Counted from the stretch's first letter, positions 1 to 9,549 are shown. The stretch: DNA of 32,000 bases from Formosa sp. Hel1_33_131 (GCF_001735745.1 NZ_CP017260.1:1380001-1412000), one strand, 5' to 3'. Notes: a model not told the origin generated them from the letters alone. Program-made: numbers and translations.

Positions 1-538
1 CAATGATTTTGTGCCTCCAAACAGAACTGCTCTAAGATGTTTTGAAGAGAGTGAAAACTCTTTGTTAAAAAAAGCTTTGTTTACAGAAATTCATGTAGGA
101 CAATATATTGTTCATGGCGTTTATGAAATGGATTATATGGTTTCTAAGCATGATAAGCACACCTATGGTATGTTCAACTTTTATCTTTTAATAAAGTTTT
201 TTAATAAACTAGGAATAACAAAAGTCGATTTAGACAACCTCAACAATCCAACGGGAAGGATTACATACATCACTTTTTTTGGCGGACTATTTAACGACTT
301 TGGATGGTTTTCCTTGATCGCAATGTTTTTACTAGGGTGGATTCAAAGACAATTATTTATACTGCGTAAAAGAAACTTTCTTGTAGAACCCTTAATTGTT
401 ATCTTCCTTTTTGCAAATATATTTTTATTAATATTTAATTTCATCAGAGCTAATCTATTGTTGGCAATAGGAGTGTATTTATTGTTTTTAATTATTCTTC
501 AAATATTTTTAAAATTAAGGAGCATTCAAAGTGAATAA
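1..538 (+). CDS. Polytopic membrane protein, probable polysaccharide repeat-unit polymerase (Wzy/EpsG-like); 5' end lies outside the window
   Basis: The frame is open from nt 2 (NDFVPPNRT...), so the GTG at 11 need not be the start. The C-terminal half is a run of hydrophobic helices (FGWFSLIAMFLLGW, LIVIFLFANIFLLIFNF, LLLAIGVYLLFLIILQIF). Function is inferred only from topology and from its position at the head of an epimerase/glycosyltransferase block. Confidence 0.45.
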   Translation, partial: NDFVPPNRTALRCFEESENSLLKKALFTEIHVGQYIVHGVYEMDYMVSKHDKHTYGMFNFYLLIKFFNKLGITKVDLDNLNNPTGRITYITFFGGLFNDFGWFSLIAMFLLGWIQRQLFILRKRNFLVEPLIVIFLFANIFLLIFNFIRANLLLAIGVYLLFLIILQIFLKLRSIQSE

Positions 539-569
539 TTATTATTGAAGTCAATTCAAAATAATATAG

Positions 570-577
570 TAAATTTG
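570..577 (+). promoter_or_regulatory. Candidate Bacteroidota sigma-A -7 box (TAAATTTG)
   Basis: Exact match to the TAnnTTTG -7 consensus, 27 nt upstream of the ATG at 604, in a 65-nt AT-rich gap. Confidence 0.3.
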
Positions 578-603
578 AGTTTTAATATTTTAGGGATCAA
601 TTA

Positions 604-1602
604 ATGAATAAAATAGCTATAATTTTTGGAGGTGCCGGATACATTGGGACAAATCTCCTTAAGTTTTTAATAGAAAAAAAAGCATTCGAAAAATATTTTA
701 TATGTGACATCAAACCATTAGTTAGTTTTGAAGACGAAATTAAGAAAGGCAAAGTTGAGTATTTGCAATTAGATGTAAGAAATAACATTGATATTAAAAT
801 AAACGATATCAATGGTGCAACAAGTTGGATTTTTAATTTTGCAGCCATTCACAGAGAGCCAGGGCACAATTACTATGAGTATTTTGACACCAATGTCTCT
901 GGCACGGAAAATGTAAATGACTTTGCTCGACGTACAGGAATAAAGAATATTTTTTTCACAAGCAGTATAGCTCCCTATGGGAAATCCATGGAGCAAAGAA
1001 CAGAACAATCAGCTTTATACCCAGAAACTCCTTACGGCATATCAAAAGCATTTGCCGAAAAAACACACCAACAATGGCTAGCTGAAGATAATGACAGAAG
1101 ATTAATAATTGTTAGACCCAGTGTGATTTATGGACCGAAGGATCCAGGTAATGTTTATAGAATGATAAAGGCCTTGAAAAAAGGAACATTTGTTTTGCCT
1201 GATGGAGGAAAGGTGATTAAGTCTTATGGGTATATTTATGGGCTCATAGAAAGCATGTTGTTTACAATTGAACAAAAGAACCATATGATTATTTATAATT
1301 ATGCAGAAAACCCTGTAATCCCTTTGCATAAAATGACAACTGTTGTAAAAAAAGAATTAAACATAAAGAAACCGACTTTAAAATTACCGGTATGGTTATT
1401 AGCAATCATTGCAGGTGTCTTTCAAATAGGATTTAAACTTATAGGAAAGAAAAGTGACATCCACCCTGTCCGAGTTAGGAAAGCTGGGTTTCCTACGAAT
1501 ATTAAACCTCAATATTTGATAGATAATGGGTTCAAGTTTAAATATGAATTTCAAGAATCATTAAAGCATTGGAGGAAAGTTTCACCTAAAGATTTTGAAT
1601 AA
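604..1602 (+). CDS. NAD-dependent epimerase/dehydratase (SDR family)
   Basis: N-terminal Rossmann motif IIFGGAGYIGTNL. Catalytic YxxxK present as PYGISKAFAEK. The length (332 aa) and sugar-cluster context fit the family. Confidence 0.85.
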   Translation: MNKIAIIFGGAGYIGTNLLKFLIEKKAFEKYFICDIKPLVSFEDEIKKGKVEYLQLDVRNNIDIKINDINGATSWIFNFAAIHREPGHNYYEYFDTNVSGTENVNDFARRTGIKNIFFTSSIAPYGKSMEQRTEQSALYPETPYGISKAFAEKTHQQWLAEDNDRRLIIVRPSVIYGPKDPGNVYRMIKALKKGTFVLPDGGKVIKSYGYIYGLIESMLFTIEQKNHMIIYNYAENPVIPLHKMTTVVKKELNIKKPTLKLPVWLLAIIAGVFQIGFKLIGKKSDIHPVRVRKAGFPTNIKPQYLIDNGFKFKYEFQESLKHWRKVSPKDFE

Positions 1603-1603
1603 T

Positions 1604-2755
1604 ATGAAAATTGCAATTGTACACGAATGGGTGACTGTTATTGCAGGCTCTGAAAGTTGTTTTAAGGAGTTTACTGAGATATATCCTGACGCAGATATAT
1701 TTCTTTTAGTTTCTGATGAAAAAAGCTTAGAGAAATTAAATATAGACCCGTCTAGAGTTACTAATTCTTTTGTGCAAAAACTCCCTAAAGCAAAAACGAA
1801 ATGGAAAAACTATCTACCGCTTTTCCCATACGCTATTGAGCAGTTTGATTTAAGTGAGTATGATGTAATAATTTCTTCATCACACTCAGTTGCCAAAGGC
1901 GTAATAACTAACGCAAGTCAAATACATATATGTTACATTCATTCCCCAATCAGATATGCATGGGATTTATATCATCAGTATATAAAAGAATCCAATTTAG
2001 CAAAAGGTATTAAAGGGGTTTTTGCAAAAGGTATTTTGCACTACATAAGAAGATGGGATCTTGGTACAGCTAATGGTGTTGATGAATTTATACCAAATTC
2101 AAACTATATTAAAAAAAGAGTATGGCGCACCTATAGAAGAGAATCTTATAAAGTAATTTATCCGCCTGTAGCTGTTTATGATTTCACATTAAATGAAGAT
2201 AAAGAGGATTTTTACTTGGCTGCATCACGGCTCGTACCCTACAAGAAAATTGATCTTATAGTTGATGCATTCTCCAAAATGCCAAATAAAAAATTAGTAG
2301 TTATTGGGGATGGCCCCGAGTCTAAAAAGATTAAAAGTAAAGCAGGTACGAATGTTAAAGTTTTGGGCCATCAGGAATTTGAGGTGCTTAAAGACTATAT
2401 GCAAAGAGCAAAGGCTTTTGTTTTTGCAGCTGAAGAAGATTTTGGAATTATTCCTATTGAAGCGCAAGCGTGTGGAACGCCCGTGATTGCCTTTGGGAAA
2501 GGAGGGTCATTAGAAACGGTTAAAGGGAAGTTTATAACCCAATCCATTGAAGCCAATGACACAGGGGTTTATTTTGATAAACAAAATATTGATTCATTGA
2601 CGGATGCTATTTATTATTTTGAAGAAAATTACACCAAGTTCAACCCGATTAAAATTAGAGAGTTTGCTTTAACATTTGATAAAAATATATTTAAAGACAA
2701 TATCAAAAGAACCTTTGCTGAGATAATAGAAAAATACAAGGCACAAAAAAATTAA
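1604..2755 (+). CDS. Glycosyltransferase, GT4 (GT-B fold) family
   Basis: Starts MKIAIVHEW. C-terminal EX7E-type motif AAEEDFGIIPIEAQACGTPVIA is typical of GT4 retaining transferases. The ATG at 1604 lies 2 nt after the epimerase stop and is preferred over the TTG at 1595. Confidence 0.85.
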   Translation: MKIAIVHEWVTVIAGSESCFKEFTEIYPDADIFLLVSDEKSLEKLNIDPSRVTNSFVQKLPKAKTKWKNYLPLFPYAIEQFDLSEYDVIISSSHSVAKGVITNASQIHICYIHSPIRYAWDLYHQYIKESNLAKGIKGVFAKGILHYIRRWDLGTANGVDEFIPNSNYIKKRVWRTYRRESYKVIYPPVAVYDFTLNEDKEDFYLAASRLVPYKKIDLIVDAFSKMPNKKLVVIGDGPESKKIKSKAGTNVKVLGHQEFEVLKDYMQRAKAFVFAAEEDFGIIPIEAQACGTPVIAFGKGGSLETVKGKFITQSIEANDTGVYFDKQNIDSLTDAIYYFEENYTKFNPIKIREFALTFDKNIFKDNIKRTFAEIIEKYKAQKN

Positions 2756-2931
2756 CAACCTTTAACCTAAAATTGGCAGTAATCAATTTAACCAATCTAA
2801 AACCAAAGTAGGGTTTTTTCTAATTTGGTTGTTTATTACTTGTGATAAGATACTAAGCTATTATCGCTTCATTTTTAAAGCTAGTAATCTTTCTTTTTTA
2901 AAGTCATTTCAATCTTGGAACAATATTTGCT

Positions 2932-2939
2932 TACCTTTG
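2932..2939 (+). promoter_or_regulatory. Candidate -7 box (TACCTTTG)
   Basis: Exact TAnnTTTG match 21 nt upstream of the ATG at 2960, at the end of a 204-nt non-coding gap. It lies downstream of the TTG at 2915, which argues against that upstream start. Confidence 0.35.
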
Positions 2940-2959
2940 CAAACTATGTAACTAATTTT

Positions 2960-3949
2960 ATGCCCAAAACCATACTTATTACCGGAGCTGCAGGATTTTT
3001 AGGATCCCATTTATGTGATCGCTTTATTGGCGAAGGATTCAGGGTTTTAGGGGTAGATAACTTCATCACGGGCGATAAGGATAATATCCAACATTTATTT
3101 GACCACTCTAACTTTCATTTTATAGAACACGATGTGACGGTTCATATAGATATTGAAGAACCCATAGACTATATTTTACACTTTGCTTCTCCAGCCAGTC
3201 CCATTGATTATCTAAAAATCCCCATTCAAACCCTTAAGGTTGGCTCTCTGGGAACTCATAACCTACTAGGGTTGGCAAAGGCTAAAAAGGCACGTATTCT
3301 CATTGCCTCAACGTCTGAGGTTTATGGAGATCCATTGGTACATCCACAATCTGAGGATTATTTTGGAAATGTGAATTCTATTGGACCTCGTGGTGTTTAC
3401 GATGAAGCCAAACGATTCCAAGAAGCCATCACAATGGCGTATCACCGATTTCACGGATTGGAAACACGCATTGCCCGCATATTTAATACGTATGGTCCTC
3501 GGATGCGTCTGAACGATGGACGTGTCATTCCAGCCTTTATGGGGCAAGCACTTAGAGGTGAAGATCTCTCCGTATTTGGAAAAGGAGCCCAAACACGTTC
3601 CTTTTGTTATGTGGACGATTTAGTTGAAGGGATTTATCGATTGTTATTTAGTGACTATTCAAATCCTGTCAATTTAGGAAACCCAGATGAAATTACAATT
3701 ATTGAATTTGCAGATGAAATTTTAAAATTAACAAACTCTGATCAAAAAATAAGTTTCAAAACTTTACCAGAGGATGACCCCTTAAAACGACAACCGGATA
3801 TTACATTAGCTAAAAAAGTGTTAAATTGGTCACCTCAAATAGCCCGAAAAGAGGGAATGAAGATAACTTTTAATTATTTTCAGAACTTATCCGATGAAAA
3901 ATTAACCAAGATTGATCATAAAGATTTCTCGAAACATATAAAACAGTAA
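2960..3949 (+). CDS. UDP-glucuronate decarboxylase (UDP-xylose synthase, extended SDR)
   Basis: [17 protein letters not shown] glycine-rich motif. Also [37 protein letters not shown] and [13 protein letters not shown]...DGRV, which match the conserved blocks I recall for UXS enzymes. Start placed at the ATG at 2960 (MPKTILITG). Confidence 0.85.
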   Translation: MPKTILITGAAGFLGSHLCDRFIGEGFRVLGVDNFITGDKDNIQHLFDHSNFHFIEHDVTVHIDIEEPIDYILHFASPASPIDYLKIPIQTLKVGSLGTHNLLGLAKAKKARILIASTSEVYGDPLVHPQSEDYFGNVNSIGPRGVYDEAKRFQEAITMAYHRFHGLETRIARIFNTYGPRMRLNDGRVIPAFMGQALRGEDLSVFGKGAQTRSFCYVDDLVEGIYRLLFSDYSNPVNLGNPDEITIIEFADEILKLTNSDQKISFKTLPEDDPLKRQPDITLAKKVLNWSPQIARKEGMKITFNYFQNLSDEKLTKIDHKDFSKHIKQ

Positions 3950-5308
3950 GTGAGTTTATTTAAGCAAGGTCGATATTCAGGATTTATAAAACCCATTTCA
4001 TACGCAGCCGATTTGGTGCTTATAAATGCGCTTGGGATTTTTTGTTTTTTCACAGAGATCCCCCCTCTAAACTTTATATTATTTCTTTCTTTTGGGTGGC
4101 TTGTAACGACTTTTGTATCTGGTTTTTATGAAGTTCATAGATATTCTACCGTTATAAGAATAGCTAAATTACTTTTTAGACAAATTCTCCTTTTTAGCTT
4201 ATTAATGTTTGCGTATTCAGGGATTAACTTCAATCTTAATCTTAGTCCGACACTTATCATTAAATATATTTTAGCATCGTTTTTTTGCATTGCGATTTTC
4301 AAATATCTAATGTTTTTCTTACTAAAAAGGTATCGATCAATTTTTAAAGGAAATATTCGTAAAACGATTATTTTAGGTGAAACCCCTCAGTCTAAATCGC
4401 TGGAAAAATTTCTTATAGAGACCCCTGCCTATGGCTTTCTAAATAAAAAAATTGTTTGTTTCAAAGACCGATCCAAACTAGACTTAGAAGCCACTTTTGA
4501 TTACATTACAAACGAAGAAATTGATGAGATTTTTTGTTCAATATCAGAACTTAACAATGAAGATCTTTTAGCAGTCGTAAACTACGCAGACAACAACCTT
4601 AAAGTCGTTAAGTTTATTCCAGATAGAACCAAAGTATTGTCCAAAAAATTGCAACATGATTACTATGGAATCATTCCAATCCTAACCTTCAGGACGATTC
4701 CTCTTGACGACCCCTTGAGTTCACTCCTAAAGCGAGCATTTGATATCGTATTTTCTTTGGCAGTAATTGTATTAATTTTGTCTTGGCTTACTCCACTGAT
4801 CGCACTTGTCATTAAAGTAGAATCCAAAGGCCCCGTGTTTTTTACGCAACTAAGAAATGGATATAATTTCAAATCTTTCAATTGTTTCAAGTTTAGATCC
4901 ATGGTTACCAATCCAAGGGCAGACTTAGAACAAGTCACCCGCGGGGATGATCGTATTACTAGATTTGGACAACTATTACGTAAAACAAGTATGGACGAGA
5001 TGCCACAGTTTTTCAATGTACTTGTAGGAGACATGTCAGTAGTGGGGCCACGACCTCATATGTTGAGCCATACAGATATGTACGCCAAAAAAATAGATAA
5101 ATTTATGGTGCGACATTTTGTGAAACCTGGAATCACTGGTTTGGCTCAAGTGAGTGGATTTAGAGGTGAGGTAGAAACTGATAATGACATCATAGGACGT
5201 GTGCAACACGATATTTTTTATATCGAAAACTGGTCCTTCTTCTTAGATTTAAAAATTATTTTTCAAACACTTTTCAATACGATCAAAGGAGAAGAAAAAG
5301 CATATTAA
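3950..5308 (+). CDS. Polyprenyl-phosphate hexose-1-phosphate transferase (WcaJ/WbaP-type priming sugar transferase)
   Basis: N-terminal TM helices. C-terminal bacterial sugar-transferase domain: KRAFDIVFSLAVIVLILSWLTPLIALVIKVESKGPVFF, FKFRSM, DEMPQFFNVLVGDMSVVGPRP. The GTG start directly abuts the upstream stop. Confidence 0.85.
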   Translation: MSLFKQGRYSGFIKPISYAADLVLINALGIFCFFTEIPPLNFILFLSFGWLVTTFVSGFYEVHRYSTVIRIAKLLFRQILLFSLLMFAYSGINFNLNLSPTLIIKYILASFFCIAIFKYLMFFLLKRYRSIFKGNIRKTIILGETPQSKSLEKFLIETPAYGFLNKKIVCFKDRSKLDLEATFDYITNEEIDEIFCSISELNNEDLLAVVNYADNNLKVVKFIPDRTKVLSKKLQHDYYGIIPILTFRTIPLDDPLSSLLKRAFDIVFSLAVIVLILSWLTPLIALVIKVESKGPVFFTQLRNGYNFKSFNCFKFRSMVTNPRADLEQVTRGDDRITRFGQLLRKTSMDEMPQFFNVLVGDMSVVGPRPHMLSHTDMYAKKIDKFMVRHFVKPGITGLAQVSGFRGEVETDNDIIGRVQHDIFYIENWSFFLDLKIIFQTLFNTIKGEEKAY

Positions 5309-5321
5309 TTCAAACAGTATC

Positions 5322-6593
5322 ATGAATATTTTAATATTAGGTTCAGGAGGTAGAGAACATACCTTTGCCTGGAAAGTATCCCAAAGCCCATTGTGTAATG
5401 CGTTATTTGTCGCGCCAGGAAATTCTGGTACAGCATCCTTAGCCACCAATTTAGATGTTTCAGTCACCGATTTTGAAGGCATTAAAAAACAAGTTCTTGC
5501 ACACGCCATTTCAATGGTTGTTGTAGGTCCAGAAGACCCATTGGTAAATGGAATTTATGATTTCTTTATGGACGATACAGAATTACAGCACGTCGCTGTG
5601 ATTGGCCCTCAAAAAGCCGCTGCGCAACTTGAAGGTAGCAAAGAGTTTGCAAAAGAATTTTTATATCGACACAACATCCCAACAGCTGCTTATGAAAGTT
5701 TTACAAAAGACAATCTTGAGGCAGGCTATGCATTCCTTGAAACCCTAAAACCTCCGTATGTACTTAAAGCAGATGGTCTCGCTGCAGGGAAAGGCGTACT
5801 CATCTTGTCAGATATAAATGAAGCGAAGCAAGAGCTTAAAAACATGCTGGTAGATTCTAAATTTGGTGCTGCAAGCTCTAAGGTTGTCATCGAGGAGTTT
5901 TTAGATGGCATTGAATTAAGTTGTTTTGTTTTAACCGATGGAAAACATTACAAACTACTACCTACCGCCAAAGATTACAAGCGAATAGGAGAGGGCGATA
6001 CAGGCTTAAATACAGGAGGTATGGGCGCCATTTCCCCCGTTCCTTTTGCCGATGAGGTGTTGTTAAAAAAGATAGAAGACAGAATCGTGAAACCAACGGT
6101 TGACGGCCTTCTAAAAGATCAATTGCCGTATAAAGGATTTATTTTTATTGGGCTTATTATGGTGGACTCAGAACCCATTGTGATCGAGTATAACGTTCGA
6201 ATGGGCGATCCAGAAACCGAAGCTGTTTTACCAAGACTAAAAACAGACCTAGTTGAGATATTCCAAGCCATCGACAAACAATGTTTGAATGAAGTTGATA
6301 TTGAAATAGACCCTCAAACCGCAGTAACAGTCATGTTAGTTTCGGGGGGGTATCCAGAAGCCTACGAAAAAGGAAAGGAAATCACAGGTCTAGACAAAGT
6401 TGAAAACTCGATTGTATTCCATGCGGGAGCAAATAATAAAGATGGAAAAATTGTAACTTCAGGAGGGCGCGTGATGGCTGTCACATCTTTTGGAGCGGAT
6501 TTTAAATCGGCTTTAAACACCTCTTATAAATCAATAGAACACATCAAATTTGACGGCATGAACTATCGAAAAGATATTGGATTCGATCTATAG
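5322..6593 (+). CDS. purD: Phosphoribosylamine--glycine ligase
   Basis: MNILILGSGGREH start. ATP-grasp core (VLKADGLAAGKGV, EEFLDGIELS, NVRMGDPE). C-terminal GGRV. The full-length 423 aa is typical of PurD. Confidence 0.95.
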   Translation: MNILILGSGGREHTFAWKVSQSPLCNALFVAPGNSGTASLATNLDVSVTDFEGIKKQVLAHAISMVVVGPEDPLVNGIYDFFMDDTELQHVAVIGPQKAAAQLEGSKEFAKEFLYRHNIPTAAYESFTKDNLEAGYAFLETLKPPYVLKADGLAAGKGVLILSDINEAKQELKNMLVDSKFGAASSKVVIEEFLDGIELSCFVLTDGKHYKLLPTAKDYKRIGEGDTGLNTGGMGAISPVPFADEVLLKKIEDRIVKPTVDGLLKDQLPYKGFIFIGLIMVDSEPIVIEYNVRMGDPETEAVLPRLKTDLVEIFQAIDKQCLNEVDIEIDPQTAVTVMLVSGGYPEAYEKGKEITGLDKVENSIVFHAGANNKDGKIVTSGGRVMAVTSFGADFKSALNTSYKSIEHIKFDGMNYRKDIGFDL

Positions 6594-6815
6594 ATAAGAA
6601 TGGGAAGAGATACTTTTATCTTCTTCATTATTGTCACTAAAAGACTTCAATTGTAACATCCAATACACAAAGGCAACCAATCCAATACTCATAAATATCC
6701 AAGACATAATGTTGGCGCCAAACCAGTTTTCTACCTCAAGGACTCTTAAAGCATCAAAGGGTGCTAACAATACAGTTTCGAAAAGGTCTTGAATGGCATT
6801 AAAAAAATCTTTCAT
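6588..6815 (-). CDS. Small membrane protein of unknown function
   Basis: 75-aa ORF with one clear TM helix (IMSWIFMSIGLVAFVYWML). Convergent with purD and overlapping its 3' end by 6 nt. No motif recognised. Confidence 0.55.
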   Translation of the reverse strand: MKDFFNAIQDLFETVLLAPFDALRVLEVENWFGANIMSWIFMSIGLVAFVYWMLQLKSFSDNNEEDKSISSHSYL

Positions 6816-6893
6816 CGGTCTTTAGTTTAAAGTTTTTGGGTTATAAAATGTCAAATGATACTGTTCCTTGACAAAACATTTTTATAATAACCT

Positions 6894-6914
6894 TATATTT
6901 ACGTGGCAAATATA
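6894..6914. promoter_or_regulatory. Palindromic pair of opposed -7-like boxes (TATATTTA ... CAAATATA)
   Basis: tatatttacgtggcaaatata. The plus strand reads TATATTTA, 27 nt before the ATG at 6928. The minus strand reads TATATTTG, pointing at the gene ending at 6815. This is a divergent intergenic region. Confidence 0.3.
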
Positions 6915-6927
6915 GTCAACACTTTAT

Positions 6928-7872
6928 ATGATTACAAGCTTTTTTAAAACATCTAAACCAATTCACTATATAATTTTCTTAGTTGTACTGATTTGTATGT
7001 TTGTATTTCAACGAATTATTACAGTTGATTACGAAGTAAATCTCTCCAACACTCTAAGGGAAGTAGGCTATCTTTCAATACTCTTGGCGTCTTTTTTTAC
7101 CTTAATTTTTATCGTCACCAAAAACAACTTAACCCACAACAATAGTTACGCCGCACTTTACTTTTGTTTGTTTATTGGACTCATGCCATCTTGCCTAGAA
7201 ACGAATTCTGTACTCATTTCAAACTTTTTTATACTGCTCTCACTTCGAAGAATCGTGAGTTTAAAAACCAATTCAAACATCAAAAAGAAACTATTAGATG
7301 CTTCTATGTGGATTTGTCTAGCAGCTATTTATGAACCTTGGGCTATTTTGTTCTTTGCAGTCTTATTTTTGGGGATGGTATTTTACTCCGTTGCTCAAAC
7401 AAAAAACACCGTCATTCCTTTTTGTGGGATTTTAGCCGTTGGAATACTTTTGACCTGCTATCGATTACTCACAAAAAATATGTTTCCAAACCTTATCGAA
7501 TATTTACCCACCATTAGCTTTGACACCTTTTCATTCAATAACACAATAATAGAGGCACAGTCCCTTCTATTCCTAGCCTTTGTTTTATTTGGGATTGGCA
7601 GTTTTATTGCAAAAGGATTTCTTAAAAACAGAGTAGTGAACCCTAGTTTTTCAGTACTTATTTTAGCAATTCTTACAGGAATTACCATTGTGTTTCTAAG
7701 TTCGAATCACGGTCTTGCAGGTTATTTGTTTGCGTTTGCACCTTCCGCGATTGTGTTGGCAAATTTTTCTGAAACGACCAAATATCGTTGGTTATCAGAA
7801 TTTGTTTTAGGAGTGTTGCTTTTTGCAGTGCTGTTTCAAGTTGGGCTGAATATTCCATTTCCGCTAAACTAA
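6928..7872 (+). CDS. Polytopic integral membrane protein, unknown function
   Basis: 314 aa, hydrophobic almost throughout, with at least 8 predicted helices by eye. No catalytic motif recognised. Confidence 0.7.
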   Translation: MITSFFKTSKPIHYIIFLVVLICMFVFQRIITVDYEVNLSNTLREVGYLSILLASFFTLIFIVTKNNLTHNNSYAALYFCLFIGLMPSCLETNSVLISNFFILLSLRRIVSLKTNSNIKKKLLDASMWICLAAIYEPWAILFFAVLFLGMVFYSVAQTKNTVIPFCGILAVGILLTCYRLLTKNMFPNLIEYLPTISFDTFSFNNTIIEAQSLLFLAFVLFGIGSFIAKGFLKNRVVNPSFSVLILAILTGITIVFLSSNHGLAGYLFAFAPSAIVLANFSETTKYRWLSEFVLGVLLFAVLFQVGLNIPFPLN

Positions 7873-7888
7873 ACTAAAGAATTACTCT

Positions 7889-7896
7889 TATATTTG
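7889..7896 (+). promoter_or_regulatory. Candidate -7 box (TATATTTG)
   Basis: Exact TAnnTTTG match 19 nt upstream of the ATG at 7915. The extended 12-mer tatatttgccac also occurs on the minus strand at 6903-6914. Confidence 0.35.
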
Positions 7897-7914
7897 CCAC
7901 ATAAATAAAATAGC

Positions 7915-8523
7915 ATGTTTTCAAACAAAGCCAATTCCATTTTTCAAGACGTTATAGCAACCTATAAAGTTTTAAATTCAGTTGATCAACCGTTTCAGAA
8001 TAAACACGATAAAGGCGAAGACCTTATCGGACATTTACTCTATAGAAAAAGTTGGATTGATACCGTTCAATGGGCTTATGAAGATATTATTAGAGATCCA
8101 AATATTGATCCTGTAGCAGCCTTAAAATTAAAACGAAAGATTGATGCTTCTAACCAAGATAGAACAGACACCGTTGAGTTTATCGACAGTTATTTTTTAG
8201 AGACCTACAAAAACGTTCAGGCGAAACCAACGGCCAAAATCAACTCTGAAAGTCCAGCATGGGTAATCGATCGCTTATCGATTTTAGCCCTTAAGATTTA
8301 CCACATGCAGCTTGAAACAGTTCGTGAGGATGCCACGGAAGCCCATAAACAAAGCTGTCAAACAAAGCTAAATACACTTTTAGAACAACGTACGGACTTG
8401 TCTACTGCCATTGACGATTTGCTAGAAGACATTGCCAACGGCGACAAATACATGAAGGTTTATAAGCAAATGAAAATGTATAATGACGATGAACTAAACC
8501 CCGTTTTAAGAGGAATTAAATAA
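7915..8523 (+). CDS. Soluble protein, probably DUF4254 family
   Basis: 202-aa hydrophilic ORF immediately upstream of a GT9 gene. From memory, DUF4254 proteins of about 200 aa are the usual neighbour of GT9 genes in Bacteroidota. The family name has not been verified by search. Confidence 0.65.
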   Translation: MFSNKANSIFQDVIATYKVLNSVDQPFQNKHDKGEDLIGHLLYRKSWIDTVQWAYEDIIRDPNIDPVAALKLKRKIDASNQDRTDTVEFIDSYFLETYKNVQAKPTAKINSESPAWVIDRLSILALKIYHMQLETVREDATEAHKQSCQTKLNTLLEQRTDLSTAIDDLLEDIANGDKYMKVYKQMKMYNDDELNPVLRGIK

Positions 8524-8532
8524 TTTATTTTA

Positions 8533-9549
8533 GTGTCGGATCTCAAACACATACTTGTCATAAGACTCTCCTCCATGGGAGATGTTGCAATGACCGTTCC
8601 GGTACTGACCGCTTTCTCAAACGCAAATCCCACTATTAAACTCACGGTGTTGACCAAAAAACAGTTTACACCACTGTTTAAAGATTTGAAAATGGTGACC
8701 GTTCTTTCTGCAGATTTTAACACCACTCACAAAGGAGTTCTTGGATTATATCGACTTTCAAAAACAGTGCGAAACACCCACATAGACGCTGTTGCAGACT
8801 TGCACAACGTATTGCGAACAAAGGTTCTAAAACTCTTTTTGCCAGGTCTTAAGTTTACTCAAATAGACAAAGGCCGCGCTGAAAAAAAGGCATTAATCAC
8901 AGGAAAAATAAGCACGCCATTACGCACAACGCCACAACGCTATGCGGATGTTTTTAGAAATCTAGGTTTTGAATTTGAAATAGACACCCCTTCTTTTCCC
9001 ACCCCCAAACCATTAGATACTGAAATCACAAAAGTACTTGGAGATTTTTCAAAACCCGTTATTGGAATTGCGCCTTTTGCGGCCTATGCTTCCAAAACCT
9101 ATCCCATTTCAAAAATGGACAAAGTCATTTTTGAACTCCAAAAAGAGTCGAAAATTTTATTATTCGGAGGGGGACCAACTGAAACCAAACAATTAGAAAC
9201 CATCGCGTCTAAATATTCAAACGTAGGTTGTGTGGCGGGGAAGTTCAGCTTAGATCAAGAATTAGATATTATTTCTAATTTAAAAGTAATGCTCTCTATG
9301 GATTCTAGTAATGGACACATGGCAGCAATGCTTGGGGTAAAAGTAGTGACGCTTTGGGGAGTCACACATCCCTTTGCGGGATTTGCACCGTTTCATCAAT
9401 TGGCGACCCATAACCTACTATCCGATTTAGGAAAATATCCTAAAATCCCAACATCAATTTACGGAAACAACTATCCAGAAGGGTATGAGTTAGCGATGCA
9501 AACCATTTCAGTTGAGAGTATTATAAAAACGGTTCAAGACACGCTTTAA
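8533..9549 (+). CDS. Glycosyltransferase family 9 (heptosyltransferase-like)
   Basis: N-terminal ILVIRLSSMGDVAMTVPVL resembles the RxxxxGD motif of GT9. C-terminal block ISNLKVMLSMDSSNGHMAAMLGVKVVTLWG. GTG start. Confidence 0.8.
   Translation: MSDLKHILVIRLSSMGDVAMTVPVLTAFSNANPTIKLTVLTKKQFTPLFKDLKMVTVLSADFNTTHKGVLGLYRLSKTVRNTHIDAVADLHNVLRTKVLKLFLPGLKFTQIDKGRAEKKALITGKISTPLRTTPQRYADVFRNLGFEFEIDTPSFPTPKPLDTEITKVLGDFSKPVIGIAPFAAYASKTYPISKMDKVIFELQKESKILLFGGGPTETKQLETIASKYSNVGCVAGKFSLDQELDIISNLKVMLSMDSSNGHMAAMLGVKVVTLWGVTHPFAGFAPFHQLATHNLLSDLGKYPKIPTSIYGNNYPEGYELAMQTISVESIIKTVQDTL

Noticed and set aside
597-1329. Minus-strand ORFs 597-848, 769-1008 and 1102-1329
   Set aside because: All overlap the epimerase CDS, whose Rossmann and YxxxK motifs fix the true frame.
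2304-2486. 60-aa plus-strand ORF in an alternative frame of the GT4 gene
   Set aside because: It is a Lys/Arg-rich out-of-frame product inside a conserved glycosyltransferase. It covers the GT4 region just upstream of, and running into, the EX7E motif, which fixes the real frame.
2801-2830. Possible terminator hairpin after the GT4 gene (aaccaaa...tttggtt)
   Set aside because: It has only a 7-bp A/T-rich stem with a 16-nt loop, which is too weak to call.
2915-2959. TTG-initiated extension of the UXS gene
   Set aside because: The -7 box at 2932-2939 lies inside the extension, and the conserved N-terminus begins at [13 protein letters not shown].
3308-5911. Antisense ORFs 3308-3592, 4663-5034, 5249-5509 and 5726-5911
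   Set aside because: Each is embedded in a confidently assigned plus-strand gene (UXS, the sugar transferase, purD). None has a recognisable domain.
7695-7715. GTTCGAATC string resembling a tRNA T-loop
   Set aside because: It lies inside the 314-aa membrane-protein CDS, and no flanking acceptor or anticodon stems could be drawn.
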